A DNA stretch of 64,000 bases from Polyangiales bacterium (GCA_965214225.1 OZ243942.1:712298-776297); one strand, 5' to 3'; shown: positions 17,277 to 27,446, numbered from the stretch's first letter. Notes: generated from the letters alone by a model not told the origin. Numbers and translations are program-made.

Positions 17277-19922
17277 ATGCGTTCAGAGGAACAACAACTC
17301 CCTCCCTCGATGAGCGAGCCAAGAGAAGAAGCGGGTCCAGCTCCTTATCGACCGATCGGCATCCTCCGGTGGTTCTACCAGAGGTTTTTCTCCCACATTC
17401 ACGTGGACGCGACATGGAAGCAGGCAGTCCTCGGTGCTGCCGAGCGAGGAACGGTCGTCTACGTGATGCGCTCGCTCTCGCTGCTTGATTTCCTCTGCCT
17501 CGACTTTCTTCTCAAACGGTTTGCCTTACCTCTGGTGCGTTTCGTCAACGACTTCGGTCTTTGGATACTGGAACCATTTAAGGGCGGCAGGCGGTGTGTC
17601 ATGCGGCGGCAAGTGCCAGAGGAGGTTGCCTTATCAGAGGCCGTCAGAGGAGGCTACAGCGCCCTTCTCTTCCTGCGCCGGCCACCTCCCCTGGCGCGGC
17701 GGCTTCGAAACAGACGAGGGGAAGCTTTCGAGGCTGACCTTCTCCTACAGCTAATTCAGGTGCAGCGTCGACAGGACAGGAGCATCCTGCTTGTGCCGCA
17801 GACCTTCGTCTGGAGCAAAAGGCCTAACCGAGCACAAGCCACATTCACCGACCTGCTCTTCGGTCCAACGGAGTGGCCGGGCCGGCTTCGCGTGCTCTTC
17901 CAGTTTCTGTTCAACTACCGCAACGCGCTTCTCCGTGCAGGGGAGCCGTTCGACCTCAAATCGTTCGTCGACCGGCACGCACATCTATCTGACGCAGACG
18001 TTGCTCAGAAGGTGCGCTACGCCCTGCTAAAGCGGCTCGAGCGTGAGCGCACCCTAGTGCTAGGCCCTACGAAGAAGAGTCCTCAGCGCATCCGCGACGA
18101 GCTCCTGCGCAGCCACCGCGTAGCCAAACACATTGAAACCACTGCCCGCACGCAGCGAAAGACGGTTGACCAGGTAAAGAAGGAGGCGGCAGCTGAGCTA
18201 CAGCGTCTTTGCGCTGCACCGAGCCCCATGGTTGTCGGATTCATGCACCGCTTCCTAAGGTGGCTGCTCCATCGCATGTACCAAGCGGTGGTTGTGGACA
18301 CCGAAGGAATGGAACGGGTGCGTCTGGCCGGGCGCGAGGGAACGCTCGTGCTGATTCCTAGTCATAAGAGCCACATGGACTACCTGGTTCTCAGCGAGGT
18401 AATGTACGCCCATGCGCTCTCTCCACCTCTGATCGCTGCCGGAGACAACCTTAACTTCTGGCCCGTTGGGGGCCTTCTACGACGTGGAGGTGCATTCTTC
18501 ATCCGAAGGGCTTTCCGTGGACGCAAACTCTACAGTGCGCTGGTGGAGGCCTATATCCGCAAGCTGATAGCAGAAGGCTTCAGCATTGAGTTCTTCTTTG
18601 AAGGCGGCCGCTCACGCACCGGTAAGCTACTGCCCCCTAAGCTCGGCCTGCTGTCGATGATCGTGGACGCCGCCATGCTGGTCCGTACACGCCCCATCTT
18701 CATCGTGCCGGTCTACATCGGCTACGAGCGCGTCGTGGAGGAGCGCTCCCACCTTCGTGAAGTGGAGGGAGGCGAGAAACGAAAGGAGAGCCTCGCAGGT
18801 CTTCTTCGTGCACCGAAGGTCGTTAAATCAAAGCATGGCAAGCTGTACGTGCAGTTTGGCACGATTCTCTCCCTTGATAATCTCGTCAAAGAGGCTGCTG
18901 AATGCCGCCCCGCAACCTCATCTTGTAAGAAGCCGCATGCGCCGGACAGTGAAGGATCGCGTCCGCGCCTCACGCCATCGCAAAAGCGCAGCTTGGTGCA
19001 GAAAACAGCCCGTGAGGTAGGTTACCTCATCAACCGCGTTGCGGTGGCAACACCCTCGAGTATCGCTGCAACTGCTCTGCTGGGTCACCGTCGACGTGGC
19101 TCGTCGCAGTCGACATTCTTCGAAGCGTGCCGCTTCCTACACAAGGAACTAATCAAAGTGGGCGCCGAGGTAGCCAGCTCGCTCACAGATGAAGAAGGCG
19201 AGCTCGCCTTAGCTCCCATACTCGAGAGCTTGAACCTCTTCGCGCAAGGCAAAGTGCTGCAAATCCACGAATCGCAGGAACAGCCGATATATGTGGTCTC
19301 GGAGGAAAAACGCCTAACCCTCGAATTCTACAAGAATAACATCCTTCACTTTTTTGTCCCAAAGGCCATCGTGGCAACCTCTGTCTATGCGACAGCGTCC
19401 CGGGCTTCGTCCTATGCGCTGGTCGCAGAGCATGCGACGCGCCTCTCTGAACTTCTTCGACAAGAGTTTACCTTCTCAACGCGCGCTACATTTACCGCTA
19501 CCTTCGAGGCGCAACTCGATCAGCTTCTGGCGGAGCATTATCTCGTCGAGACAGACGATGTGCTTTTTCCAGCAGGAGGCGAGAAAGGGCGTGAGCTGCG
19601 CTGGTACAGTTACATGTTGCGGCCCTACTTGGAGGCTTACCGTCTCGCACTGCTAAGTCTCAAGGGTCAGGCCGACAAGGAGCTCGGCACCCGAGATTGG
19701 ACCAGGAAGGCTTTGGCCTTCGGTCGCAGAATGTATCTTCTCGGCGAGATCGAGTGCCGCGAGGCCTTAGCGCGTCCAAAGTTGGATAACGCGTTGATCG
19801 CCTTTCGAGATCTTGGTTTGGTTGACATCTCTCAAGCCGGCAAGACATCTAAGTTCCGGGTACTGGAAAGCTCCAAGTGGGAAGAGACGAGCGCAGAACT
19901 CGATGCGTACCTACATGTCTAA
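17277..19922 (+). CDS. plsB: glycerol-3-phosphate acyltransferase
   Basis: HX4D acyltransferase motif (PSHKSHMDYLV) and FFFEGGRSRTGKLLPPK. 881 aa, typical PlsB size. Confidence 0.9.
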   Translation: MRSEEQQLPPSMSEPREEAGPAPYRPIGILRWFYQRFFSHIHVDATWKQAVLGAAERGTVVYVMRSLSLLDFLCLDFLLKRFALPLVRFVNDFGLWILEPFKGGRRCVMRRQVPEEVALSEAVRGGYSALLFLRRPPPLARRLRNRRGEAFEADLLLQLIQVQRRQDRSILLVPQTFVWSKRPNRAQATFTDLLFGPTEWPGRLRVLFQFLFNYRNALLRAGEPFDLKSFVDRHAHLSDADVAQKVRYALLKRLERERTLVLGPTKKSPQRIRDELLRSHRVAKHIETTARTQRKTVDQVKKEAAAELQRLCAAPSPMVVGFMHRFLRWLLHRMYQAVVVDTEGMERVRLAGREGTLVLIPSHKSHMDYLVLSEVMYAHALSPPLIAAGDNLNFWPVGGLLRRGGAFFIRRAFRGRKLYSALVEAYIRKLIAEGFSIEFFFEGGRSRTGKLLPPKLGLLSMIVDAAMLVRTRPIFIVPVYIGYERVVEERSHLREVEGGEKRKESLAGLLRAPKVVKSKHGKLYVQFGTILSLDNLVKEAAECRPATSSCKKPHAPDSEGSRPRLTPSQKRSLVQKTAREVGYLINRVAVATPSSIAATALLGHRRRGSSQSTFFEACRFLHKELIKVGAEVASSLTDEEGELALAPILESLNLFAQGKVLQIHESQEQPIYVVSEEKRLTLEFYKNNILHFFVPKAIVATSVYATASRASSYALVAEHATRLSELLRQEFTFSTRATFTATFEAQLDQLLAEHYLVETDDVLFPAGGEKGRELRWYSYMLRPYLEAYRLALLSLKGQADKELGTRDWTRKALAFGRRMYLLGEIECREALARPKLDNALIAFRDLGLVDISQAGKTSKFRVLESSKWEETSAELDAYLHV

Positions 19923-19992
19923 GTTTCTGCGCCGCTCGAAAATCGAGAAGTAATAGCCGACCACCGTCTTGGAAGGTGTAGTATAGGGCTGC

Positions 19993-20601
19993 ATGGTTGA
20001 AGCTGGAGCGGGACGTTGTGGAACGTGCGCCTACTTTGTCAGACTCCACCGGGGCGATGACAGCTTGTGGGCAGGTGAGTGCCGTCTGGGATGCTGGCCC
20101 GCTCCTCTGTTGGAGTCAGCGACATGTGCGGAATACAAACAGGCAGGAACGAGTTGGGAAAAGCCAAAGTCATCCAGACGGCGGTCACGCAGATTAGAGG
20201 TGACACCACCTCAGCGGCGAACGCTGCCAACAAGTGTGGATATCGATATGGAGCTTGAGGAGTTTAGAGAGGTTCTCCGCTCCGTGCTGAGTGAAGAGCT
20301 CGGTCTTGGCGAGGTTGAGTTGGCGGAGAAGTGGCGCGGTGGCTCCGTCATTATTGAGCCGGGGCGGGAGGGCACGCAGGCCAAGAGCCTCGGCATCGAC
20401 ACCTTCTTCCGAAAGATCATCATGGTGCGCGATAAGCTTCGCCTCTTGGAGCAGAAGGTCAATGCCCATTCTCAGCTTCCAGAGGATGAGAAAGTGCAAC
20501 TTCAGCAGTACATCACAGCGGCCTACGGCTCACTTACGAGCTTTAACTTCTTGTTTAAGGAGCGCAAGGATGGTTTCGTCGGCACCGGTGGGGGTGAGTA
20601 G
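19993..20601 (+). CDS. hypothetical protein with N-terminal Cys-rich segment
   Basis: CGTCAYF...C..GC...C pattern followed by a helical acidic C-terminal half. Coding-like composition. No family recognised. Confidence 0.5.
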   Translation: MVEAGAGRCGTCAYFVRLHRGDDSLWAGECRLGCWPAPLLESATCAEYKQAGTSWEKPKSSRRRSRRLEVTPPQRRTLPTSVDIDMELEEFREVLRSVLSEELGLGEVELAEKWRGGSVIIEPGREGTQAKSLGIDTFFRKIIMVRDKLRLLEQKVNAHSQLPEDEKVQLQQYITAAYGSLTSFNFLFKERKDGFVGTGGGE

Positions 20602-21481
20602 CCGAGAATTGAAGCGGCGCTCACTCCACCTCATAATAGTAACTGGCTTATCCGGCGCAGGCCGAAGCACCGCCCTCCAAGCCCTCGAGGATCAGGGGTT
20701 CTTCTGCATTGATAATCTGCCTCCGGATTTCGTTGATTCCCTGACCAACTACCTGGATGAGCACAGTGAATACTGCGAGGTGGGTCTCGGCATTGATGTG
20801 CGTACCGGCTCGCTCTTTGAAGGCGCAGAACGCCTTCTCAAAAAGCTTCGCGAGAAAGGACACAATGTGGAGGTGCTCTTCATCGACTGCGCGGACAAAC
20901 TTCTCGTTCGACGCTACAGCGAAACCCGGAGACCCCACCCGCTAGCGGCCGACGGGGATGTGCTCGAGGCGATTGAGAAAGAGCGGTCGCGTCTTTCCGC
21001 ACTGCGCGCGCAGGCAAGCTTGGTCATCGACACAACGCGGATGAGCGTTCATGAGCTTCGCGCCCGGCTAAGGGACATGGTCCACCTCCGATCCCGCGGG
21101 CTGCAGATGGTCGTACGAATGATGTCCTTTGGCTACAAGTACGGATTGCCGAACGATGTGGATACCGTTTTTGACATACGTTACTTACCCAACCCCCACT
21201 TCGTACGGGAACTCCGACCTCTGACAGGGTGCGATCCAGAGGTTGTTGAGTTTGTCATGCGGGCCCCCGAAGCGAAGGAACTCCTTGATCTATTAAAGAA
21301 CCTCCTTACAACCACGCTGCCACTCTACCAAAAAGAGGGGAAGGCATACTTCAGCATCGGCGTTGGGTGCACGGGAGGAAAACATCGCTCGGTTGTCTTC
21401 ACTGAGCTGCTTGCAAAGCAGTTTCGAGATGACTTTCACGTCAAGACGTTACACCGCGACCTAGGAAGGCAACATGCTTAG
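20570..21481 (+). CDS. rapZ: RNase adapter protein RapZ (YhbJ family P-loop protein)
   Basis: Walker A IIVTGLSGAGRSTAL and C-terminal GCTGGKHRSVVF. The start is uncertain: ATG 20570 overlaps the upstream gene by 32 nt, and GTG at 20588 or 20594 are alternatives. Confidence 0.88.
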   Translation: MVSSAPVGVSSRELKRRSLHLIIVTGLSGAGRSTALQALEDQGFFCIDNLPPDFVDSLTNYLDEHSEYCEVGLGIDVRTGSLFEGAERLLKKLREKGHNVEVLFIDCADKLLVRRYSETRRPHPLAADGDVLEAIEKERSRLSALRAQASLVIDTTRMSVHELRARLRDMVHLRSRGLQMVVRMMSFGYKYGLPNDVDTVFDIRYLPNPHFVRELRPLTGCDPEVVEFVMRAPEAKELLDLLKNLLTTTLPLYQKEGKAYFSIGVGCTGGKHRSVVFTELLAKQFRDDFHVKTLHRDLGRQHA

Positions 21482-22364
21482 CGGCACGCACCTTCGCGTT
21501 CGTCCAAACCTCTTGCTCTGGGCGCTGCACGCGAGTCTTTCGTGGTGCGTGATTGCAGGTGCCTCAGCCGTTCAAGCAGATGGCATCTACGTGGAGTCTC
21601 ATACGATAGGTGCGGACTTGCCGCATCCGAAGGGCGCCCCCACGGCCGTCATCCACGTACCCGCACATGTCTCGCCCCAACGACCCATCCACCTGGTGGT
21701 TCTTCTGCACGGTTGGAACGGATGCGCCAGCGCCATCGCTTACGCAGGCAAGAAAGCTTGCGCGCCCAAGTCAAGGCTTCGACGCGGCTGGGGACTGGCA
21801 GACAGACACGCCGCAGCAAATACCAACAGCATCTTCATCGTTCCGCAGCTTGCCTATCTTCGTCGGTCATCGAGCCCCGGCCGGTTTTCGCAGAAGGGCG
21901 TCTTTCGGAAATTCTTGGAGGACATATTGACCGTTGATGTGACACCCCGCTGGGGAGACGCCATCACCCTAAGGGGAGTCGCATCCGTCACGCTGGTAGC
22001 GCATAGCGCCGGGTACAAAACCGCCCTCGCTGTGCTTGAATCCGGAGGTTTGGAAGAGCAGCTCAAAGCGGTTGTCCTGATGGACGCTCTCTATGGAGGC
22101 ATTGAAGAGTTCGCCCGCTGGAGCGACGATAAGCACCACCGTCTTTTGAGTATCTACACCGGACAAACCACCACCCGAAGAAACAATGGCCGTCTCAAGC
22201 GGCAGCTTGGCAGTGCAGAGCGCGGGGTAGTCACCTTGGGCCGCGGCGCTCTACCCCGCGTTCTCAAGGGTGGAAAGCCTGCTCTGGTGCGGACCTTGGA
22301 AGCGCACGGCAGGATCCCTCATGCCTATCTCACGGAAGCTGTGCGCCTAGCTCTTGCTCCCTGA
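21474..22364 (+). CDS. secreted alpha/beta-hydrolase-like protein
   Basis: Signal peptide. LVVLLHGWNGC (HG oxyanion-like) and VTLVAHSAGY (Sm-x-Ser-x-Sm nucleophile elbow). Start overlaps the rapZ stop by 8 nt. Confidence 0.55.
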   Translation: MLSGTHLRVRPNLLLWALHASLSWCVIAGASAVQADGIYVESHTIGADLPHPKGAPTAVIHVPAHVSPQRPIHLVVLLHGWNGCASAIAYAGKKACAPKSRLRRGWGLADRHAAANTNSIFIVPQLAYLRRSSSPGRFSQKGVFRKFLEDILTVDVTPRWGDAITLRGVASVTLVAHSAGYKTALAVLESGGLEEQLKAVVLMDALYGGIEEFARWSDDKHHRLLSIYTGQTTTRRNNGRLKRQLGSAERGVVTLGRGALPRVLKGGKPALVRTLEAHGRIPHAYLTEAVRLALAP

Positions 22365-22607
22365 GCCGCGACACCTGGTGCCGCACCTGCAGCAAGATCG
22401 CATCTCATCGATGGAGGCACCACGATGATGTCGTACTCCATACCCCTGATCTGGAGGATTCGTACCCTTGATCTGGAGGAACAGAAGCCGACACGGAACA
22501 AATAGGATGCAGGACGGACTCATGCGTCGAGCGCCTTCAACTGAAGCCTTGGCGCGGGAACTTTTCCATCCTGAAACCCCTGAATCGCCCGCTGCACCCT
22601 CTCCTAT

Positions 22608-24047
22608 CTAGAAGTATTTCTTGCGTTGTGCAGAACTCAGGATCCCTAGCATCTCCCGATATTTCGCGACGGTGCGTCGTGCAATGACCACACCCTCTTT
22701 ACCCAAGACCTCCACGATCCGCTGATCGCTAAGCGGGCTGGAGGAGTCCTCGTCTGAAATGATCTTTTTAATAGCTTGCTTCACGCTCTCGGAGGCAATG
22801 GAATCCTGATTGTCCCGCTTGATGGCGCTGTTAAAGAAGTACTTAAGTTCAAACAAGCCGCGCGGGGTGTGTACATACTTGTTGCTGGTCACTCGGGAGA
22901 CGGTGCTTTCGTGCATGCCCACTGTATCGGCCACGTCCCGTAAGATCATCGGCTTGAGATACTCCACCCCGCGGTCGAAGAACTCCCGCTGCTTATCGAC
23001 GATACATTCGGTGACTTTGACAATCGTCTTTCGCCGCTGATCAATGCTCCGAATGAGCCACTGGGCGCTGCGGAGCTTCGTTTGAACGTATTCTTTCGCA
23101 TCGCCGCTCGACTGCATGGCGCTGCGGTAGAAGTTGCTTATCCGCAACTTGGGAAGGCCGTCATCGTTGCTGACGACGAAATACTTATCGCCCACCTTAT
23201 GTATGTAGACATCAGGAACAATGTACTGAGCTTCCCCTACAGAGAAGTTGCGCCCCGGCCGCGGTTCAAGCTCGCAGATGATTTGAGCAACGTCCAGCAC
23301 CTCTTCCATTGAAACATCAAGGTCCTTGCTGATCGCCGGATAGTTTCTTTTCTCGAGGCTTGGGAGATGCTCTTTCAACACACGGATGACGAGCTCGTCG
23401 AGACCGAAGTGCTCGGCCTGGATAAGGAGACACTCCTCAAGGGTTCGTGACGCCACTCCAATCGGATCAAAGCGCTGTACTATCTGGAGGACTTCCTCGG
23501 CGTCCTCAGGATCAAGTTCGGCTTCGGCTGCGAGGCGGGGAACAACATCTTCCGGGCTCACACCATCAAGTCCTAAGAAACCATCGTCTGTGAGGTTGCC
23601 GATGACTAGAAAAGCAAATCGCTTTTCATCCTCAACGAAGTCCGACATTCTCACCTGCCAAGTGAGGTGATCGGTGAGATCTTCCCCGCGGGTGAGGGTT
23701 GACTCTAGGCCGGGATTGTCTTCGGATTCGCCTCGCCGCGATGCGGGCATGGGGGCCTGCATCGCGTGGTTTTCCAGGTAGCGTTCCCAGTCAATCTCGT
23801 TGTCGCGCTCACCCTCGGGAGCGTTTTCGCCAGCCAGTGCTTCAGAACGCTCTTCATTTGAAGGGGCTTCCGGGGAGTCGTTGTCGCCTATCTCTGCGCC
23901 ATCCTCGAGCACAGGATTTTCGAGCATCTCCTCTTGAACGACATCCTGCAGCTCCATGCGAGACATCTGCAGCAATTTGATGGCCTGTTGCAACTGCGGC
24001 GTCATCACCAACTGCTGTGAGAGCCTGAGTTGCTGCTTTATTTCCAT
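22608..24047 (-). CDS. rpoN: RNA polymerase sigma-54 factor
   Basis: N-terminal LRLSQQLVMTPQLQQAIKLLQMSRMEL and C-terminal RpoN box ARRTVAKYR. 479 aa. Confidence 0.97.
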   Translation of the reverse strand: MEIKQQLRLSQQLVMTPQLQQAIKLLQMSRMELQDVVQEEMLENPVLEDGAEIGDNDSPEAPSNEERSEALAGENAPEGERDNEIDWERYLENHAMQAPMPASRRGESEDNPGLESTLTRGEDLTDHLTWQVRMSDFVEDEKRFAFLVIGNLTDDGFLGLDGVSPEDVVPRLAAEAELDPEDAEEVLQIVQRFDPIGVASRTLEECLLIQAEHFGLDELVIRVLKEHLPSLEKRNYPAISKDLDVSMEEVLDVAQIICELEPRPGRNFSVGEAQYIVPDVYIHKVGDKYFVVSNDDGLPKLRISNFYRSAMQSSGDAKEYVQTKLRSAQWLIRSIDQRRKTIVKVTECIVDKQREFFDRGVEYLKPMILRDVADTVGMHESTVSRVTSNKYVHTPRGLFELKYFFNSAIKRDNQDSIASESVKQAIKKIISDEDSSSPLSDQRIVEVLGKEGVVIARRTVAKYREMLGILSSAQRKKYF

Positions 24048-24456
24048 GTACTGCCCTTATAAGAAAACAATCGTCACCACACCCACCCGCATCGGGTCAC
24101 TTATGTTAAGAAGCATGAAGAGAGCGAAAGCCACCCACTGGAAAGCTTTGGTGGGAAAGCGAAAGTTCGTCGTCGAGGAAAAGGGCTCTTCCCTAAGCCC
24201 CCTCTCTTCATGATTGTGCAGAGTCCAACAAGCAGAGTCACCATGCAGAGTTCACCAAAGAAGAGTGTAGCGCAAAATGCTGCCCTTGGGCAGCCCCTGA
24301 AACGCATTGAACCTCCGAACGCATCTCAAGGTCTGCGGATGTGTCAGCTCGAAACTCAAACCCACTTTGCAGATGCCCTTGTCGCACATCGAGTGCGAGG
24401 GTAACCCAGATGTCGTTGGCAAAGGAGGTCCCAAACCGCAGTTCATGATTTGATCG

Positions 24457-24981
24457 CTATTCACGACCAGCCCCTGTAAGCGACGCTGAGGCATCGACAG
24501 ACGTCGCCGCGCGAAACATGCCGAGGGAGGTCGCAATGAGCAACGCCGTTGCTGCTAAGAGTATCCAGAAGCCTTCGCAGTAGCCGACTTCGGCAGTTGC
24601 ACCTGTTTGTTGAGAAAGCTGTCTTGCGCCGCGCTCCACACCACGCCAGGCGGTGTAGAGCGACAAGGAGCTAGCAGCTCCAATAATCAAGAAAGCGGCT
24701 CGTGCACGAAGCAGCTCAGCAGCAGAGCGTCGTGTACGCAGAGCGAACATGAGCATCGCTGCAAAGAACAGAATGGCTACTAGATGAGGCGCAGGTCCTC
24801 GAGCGAGTTGCCATGCCGAGGACGAAGAGTGGTCCGCGCGCACGATGCGAGCAAAGGGTAGGAAGAAGCCGATGACGAGTCCGAAGAAACTTGTCCACGC
24901 GCAAACACGCAGACCTCGGACCAGCGCTACTTTGGTTCGAACCTTCGGAGACGCAAGAGTGAAAACCTGCCCCATCACCAC
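24457..24981 (-). CDS. hypothetical integral membrane protein (~4 TM)
   Basis: Four hydrophobic helices (e.g. WTSFFGLVIGFFLPF, LVAILFFAAMLMFAL, FLIIGAASSLSLY, FWILLAATALLIATSLGMF). Confidence 0.55.
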   Translation of the reverse strand: MVMGQVFTLASPKVRTKVALVRGLRVCAWTSFFGLVIGFFLPFARIVRADHSSSSAWQLARGPAPHLVAILFFAAMLMFALRTRRSAAELLRARAAFLIIGAASSLSLYTAWRGVERGARQLSQQTGATAEVGYCEGFWILLAATALLIATSLGMFRAATSVDASASLTGAGRE

Positions 24982-25081
24982 AGTTATTTTACCATGTGGT
25001 GATGGTTAGACGCCGAAAAGAGGCTGCAGTCGGTGTTTCCGAGGCGGTTGCTTTTGTGGTAAGCCGTACAGAAGAGGAATC

Positions 25082-25543
25082 TTGATCATCCGCGGAATTA
25101 CAAAGGCCGACTACGACTATGTCGTGAGCATTCTCGACCAGTGGTGGGGGGGCCTTGCAAGTGAACGGGCGCACCCTGTGTTCTTCTACGAGTTTGGCAA
25201 ACATGCTCTGATTGCTGAACTTGATGGTTCCATTGCAGGCTTTCTTCTCGGCGTGCTCGCGCCTGTCGAACCAATCACTGGGTATATACACCTGGTAGGT
25301 ATAGCGCCCGAACGACGGCGCAGGGGCGTCGCGCGCGCTCTATATGAACATTTTACTAAACACTGCCTGGCGGAGGGCGCTCAGCGGATTAAAGCTATCA
25401 GTGCTCTAGGAAATGAAGGCTCTGTTCGCTTTCACAAGGCGTTGGGATTTAAGGTGAACGAGAAAGAAGACTATGCCGGGCAGGGATTTGGCCGCTTGGT
25501 ATACTGCCGTGAGCTTGAAACCAGCGACCCTAAGCAGATCTAG
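25082..25543 (+). CDS. GNAT family N-acetyltransferase
   Basis: Acetyl-CoA-binding motif IAPERRRRGVARALY. 153 aa. TTG start as given by the ORF track. Confidence 0.8.
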   Translation: MIIRGITKADYDYVVSILDQWWGGLASERAHPVFFYEFGKHALIAELDGSIAGFLLGVLAPVEPITGYIHLVGIAPERRRRGVARALYEHFTKHCLAEGAQRIKAISALGNEGSVRFHKALGFKVNEKEDYAGQGFGRLVYCRELETSDPKQI

Positions 25544-25588
25544 CTTCAAGGCGATGAAGACGCGATGTCTAACTTTCCTTTTTGACCT

Positions 25589-25672
25589 TTGTTAGGCAGC
25601 TAAGTACGATTGTTGGGCAGCTAAGTACGATTGTTGGGCAGCTAAGTACGATTGTTGGGCAGCTAAGTACGA
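25589..25672. repeat. 21-bp tandem repeat x4 (tgttgggcagctaagtacgat)
   Basis: Four contiguous units read directly. The array ends 19 nt before the start of the next gene (25692). Confidence 0.95.
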
Positions 25673-25691
25673 TGACTCGAGAGGATAACTT

Positions 25692-26579
25692 ATGGCATAT
25701 TCGGGGAGTGAAGTGGCAACTGCCGTAAGACTAAAGCTTGGTGAAGCGCTTGCTGCACTTCAATCAAGTCCAGATGTTCCCGAGGAGGTCATGGAGGTCG
25801 CGCAGAACATTGCTCAAGCGGTGGGCGCTTTGTTCGAGGCCGCTCAGGCAGAGGCTGAACGGCAGGGAAAGAAGCTGGTGCAGCGTGCGCTTGGCTCACT
25901 TAGTCAAACGCTAGCGCTGTTGCAGGAGACGCCCAAAGCGCACCCCGCAATCGAAACAACAACCCAAACGATTGCTGAAGCAATGACGACTCTCTTTAGG
26001 TTGTCTTCTACTCCCTCAGAACCTGCTGCAGCTCATCCGTCGGAGGCGAATGCTTTTTCGGCACCCAGTTCTACTGCAGCAAGACGGTCGGCTGTGAGTG
26101 CACCTGTTTCTCAAGCTCCCGAAAGCAGACCTGTACAAAACCAACCTCCCATCGGTCAGCCCAACCAGATTTCACCTTCCTACTCGGCGCCGCTGGAAAG
26201 TGCATCTAAAGCACCCGTTGCACAGCAAGAGTCACCTGTTGTCGAAGGTGCATCAGAGTATGTGGAAGTCAATGTAGGAGCCAGCACAGACTCTAACTTC
26301 TACGTGGGCTTTAGCGGAGAGGTGAGCGAGGGCGGCATATTCGTATCGACTTATCAGCTCCTTCGAAAATCAACACCTGTTGACGTTCTGATTACTTTTC
26401 CAGGGGGATTTGAGATTAGAGCTCATGCTCATGTAGCTTTTGTGAGGGACTCACAAGGCGCATCGGATGAGGAAGCACCTCCGGGCATGGGTTTGGCTTT
26501 TGAATCTTTGAACCAAGAGCAACGGGAACTTATTTTGCGTTTCATCAGGAAGCGACCGCCCATGTTCTACGACGTATAA
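25692..26579 (+). CDS. PilZ/TIGR02266-type domain protein (paralog 1)
   Basis: GAGAGGA Shine-Dalgarno sequence. The C-terminal domain (VNVGASTDSNFYVGFSGEVSEGGIFVSTY...PPGMGLAFESLNQEQRELILRFIRKRPPMFYD) matches the myxobacterial paralogous PilZ-like family pattern. Confidence 0.75.
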   Translation: MAYSGSEVATAVRLKLGEALAALQSSPDVPEEVMEVAQNIAQAVGALFEAAQAEAERQGKKLVQRALGSLSQTLALLQETPKAHPAIETTTQTIAEAMTTLFRLSSTPSEPAAAHPSEANAFSAPSSTAARRSAVSAPVSQAPESRPVQNQPPIGQPNQISPSYSAPLESASKAPVAQQESPVVEGASEYVEVNVGASTDSNFYVGFSGEVSEGGIFVSTYQLLRKSTPVDVLITFPGGFEIRAHAHVAFVRDSQGASDEEAPPGMGLAFESLNQEQRELILRFIRKRPPMFYDV

Positions 26580-26690
26580 TGGCAGACAGGGTGGGTGAGC
26601 GATTCTTGTTCTCAGTGACGGCGGTTGAAGGATGAAGGACAGGAGCGCGATGAAATCTCGCAAGATCGTCAGCTTTGCGAAGGGGATCCG

Positions 26691-27446
26691 ATGACAGCCG
26701 AGCAGGAAATTCAAGAGCGTAAGCAGGCCGGGCTCGCCATGAGTCACATAGCATCAGCGCTTGCTGAGCTTGGGCAGCCTGCTCCTCAAGAGGCGGTTTC
26801 TGAAATCAAGTCAACCCTGAACCAGTCGGTGGGCGCGCTCAATAGTTTTCTTCAGACGGGAACGGAGCGAAAGTTTCTCGACGAGTCGTATAGGCTTATG
26901 GGAGTAGCACGTGAACTTCTAACTTCTGTTGAAGAAGAAGCGTGCCGCAAAGCACTTGAGTCTGTTACCCGAGGCTTGGCGGTGCTCCATCCTGTCACCA
27001 CGCCATCCGAACCGACGCCTGAAGAGAAAGATGCGGCGAAGCGGCGGCGAGTCATGAGTCGCCAACGAATTGAGAGCCAGCAAGAGATTCAAGTGTCCAG
27101 TGGAGCAGACCGCCGCTCCCAGACGCGTGTGTTCATCGACACCGAGGTTAGCTTTGAAAGCGACTCGAATTTCTACACAGGATTTACCGAGGACTTATCA
27201 GACGGTGGATTGTTTGTAGCTACCTATAATCTGAGGCCAGTAGGCACGGTGATTGAAATGTCTTTTACTCTAGCTGACGGATACGTCATCAACACCCAGG
27301 GCGTGGTCAAGTGGGTTCGAGACCTCAATGAAGGGTCCGATGCGCTTCCAGGAGTGGGTATAGAGTTTGAGCAGTTGGAAGATCCGGACAAAGCGGCCAT
27401 AGATAAGTTTATCAACCGCCGCGATCCCATCTTTTACGATGAGTGA
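26691..27446 (+). CDS. PilZ/TIGR02266-type domain protein (paralog 2)
   Basis: Same architecture as 25692-26579 (VSFESDSNFYTGFTEDLSDGGLFVATY...LPGVGIEFEQLEDPDKAAIDKFINRRDPIFYDE). ATG 26691 has a better-spaced SD (gaagggga) than ATG 26625. Confidence 0.75.
   Translation: MTAEQEIQERKQAGLAMSHIASALAELGQPAPQEAVSEIKSTLNQSVGALNSFLQTGTERKFLDESYRLMGVARELLTSVEEEACRKALESVTRGLAVLHPVTTPSEPTPEEKDAAKRRRVMSRQRIESQQEIQVSSGADRRSQTRVFIDTEVSFESDSNFYTGFTEDLSDGGLFVATYNLRPVGTVIEMSFTLADGYVINTQGVVKWVRDLNEGSDALPGVGIEFEQLEDPDKAAIDKFINRRDPIFYDE

Noticed and set aside
16642-17415. 257-aa minus-strand ORF overlapping the 16489-17085 gene and the plsB upstream region
   Set aside because: Its Arg/Gly/Cys/His-rich, low-complexity translation is typical of antisense shadow ORFs in GC-rich DNA. 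It has no motifs. It would overlap the start region of plsB.
22441-22484. ACCCUUGAUCUGGA resemblance to the TPP riboswitch pyrimidine-sensor helix
   Set aside because: There is no upstream CUGAGA element or matching P1/P2 stems. The site lies between convergent 3' ends, not upstream of a thiamine gene.
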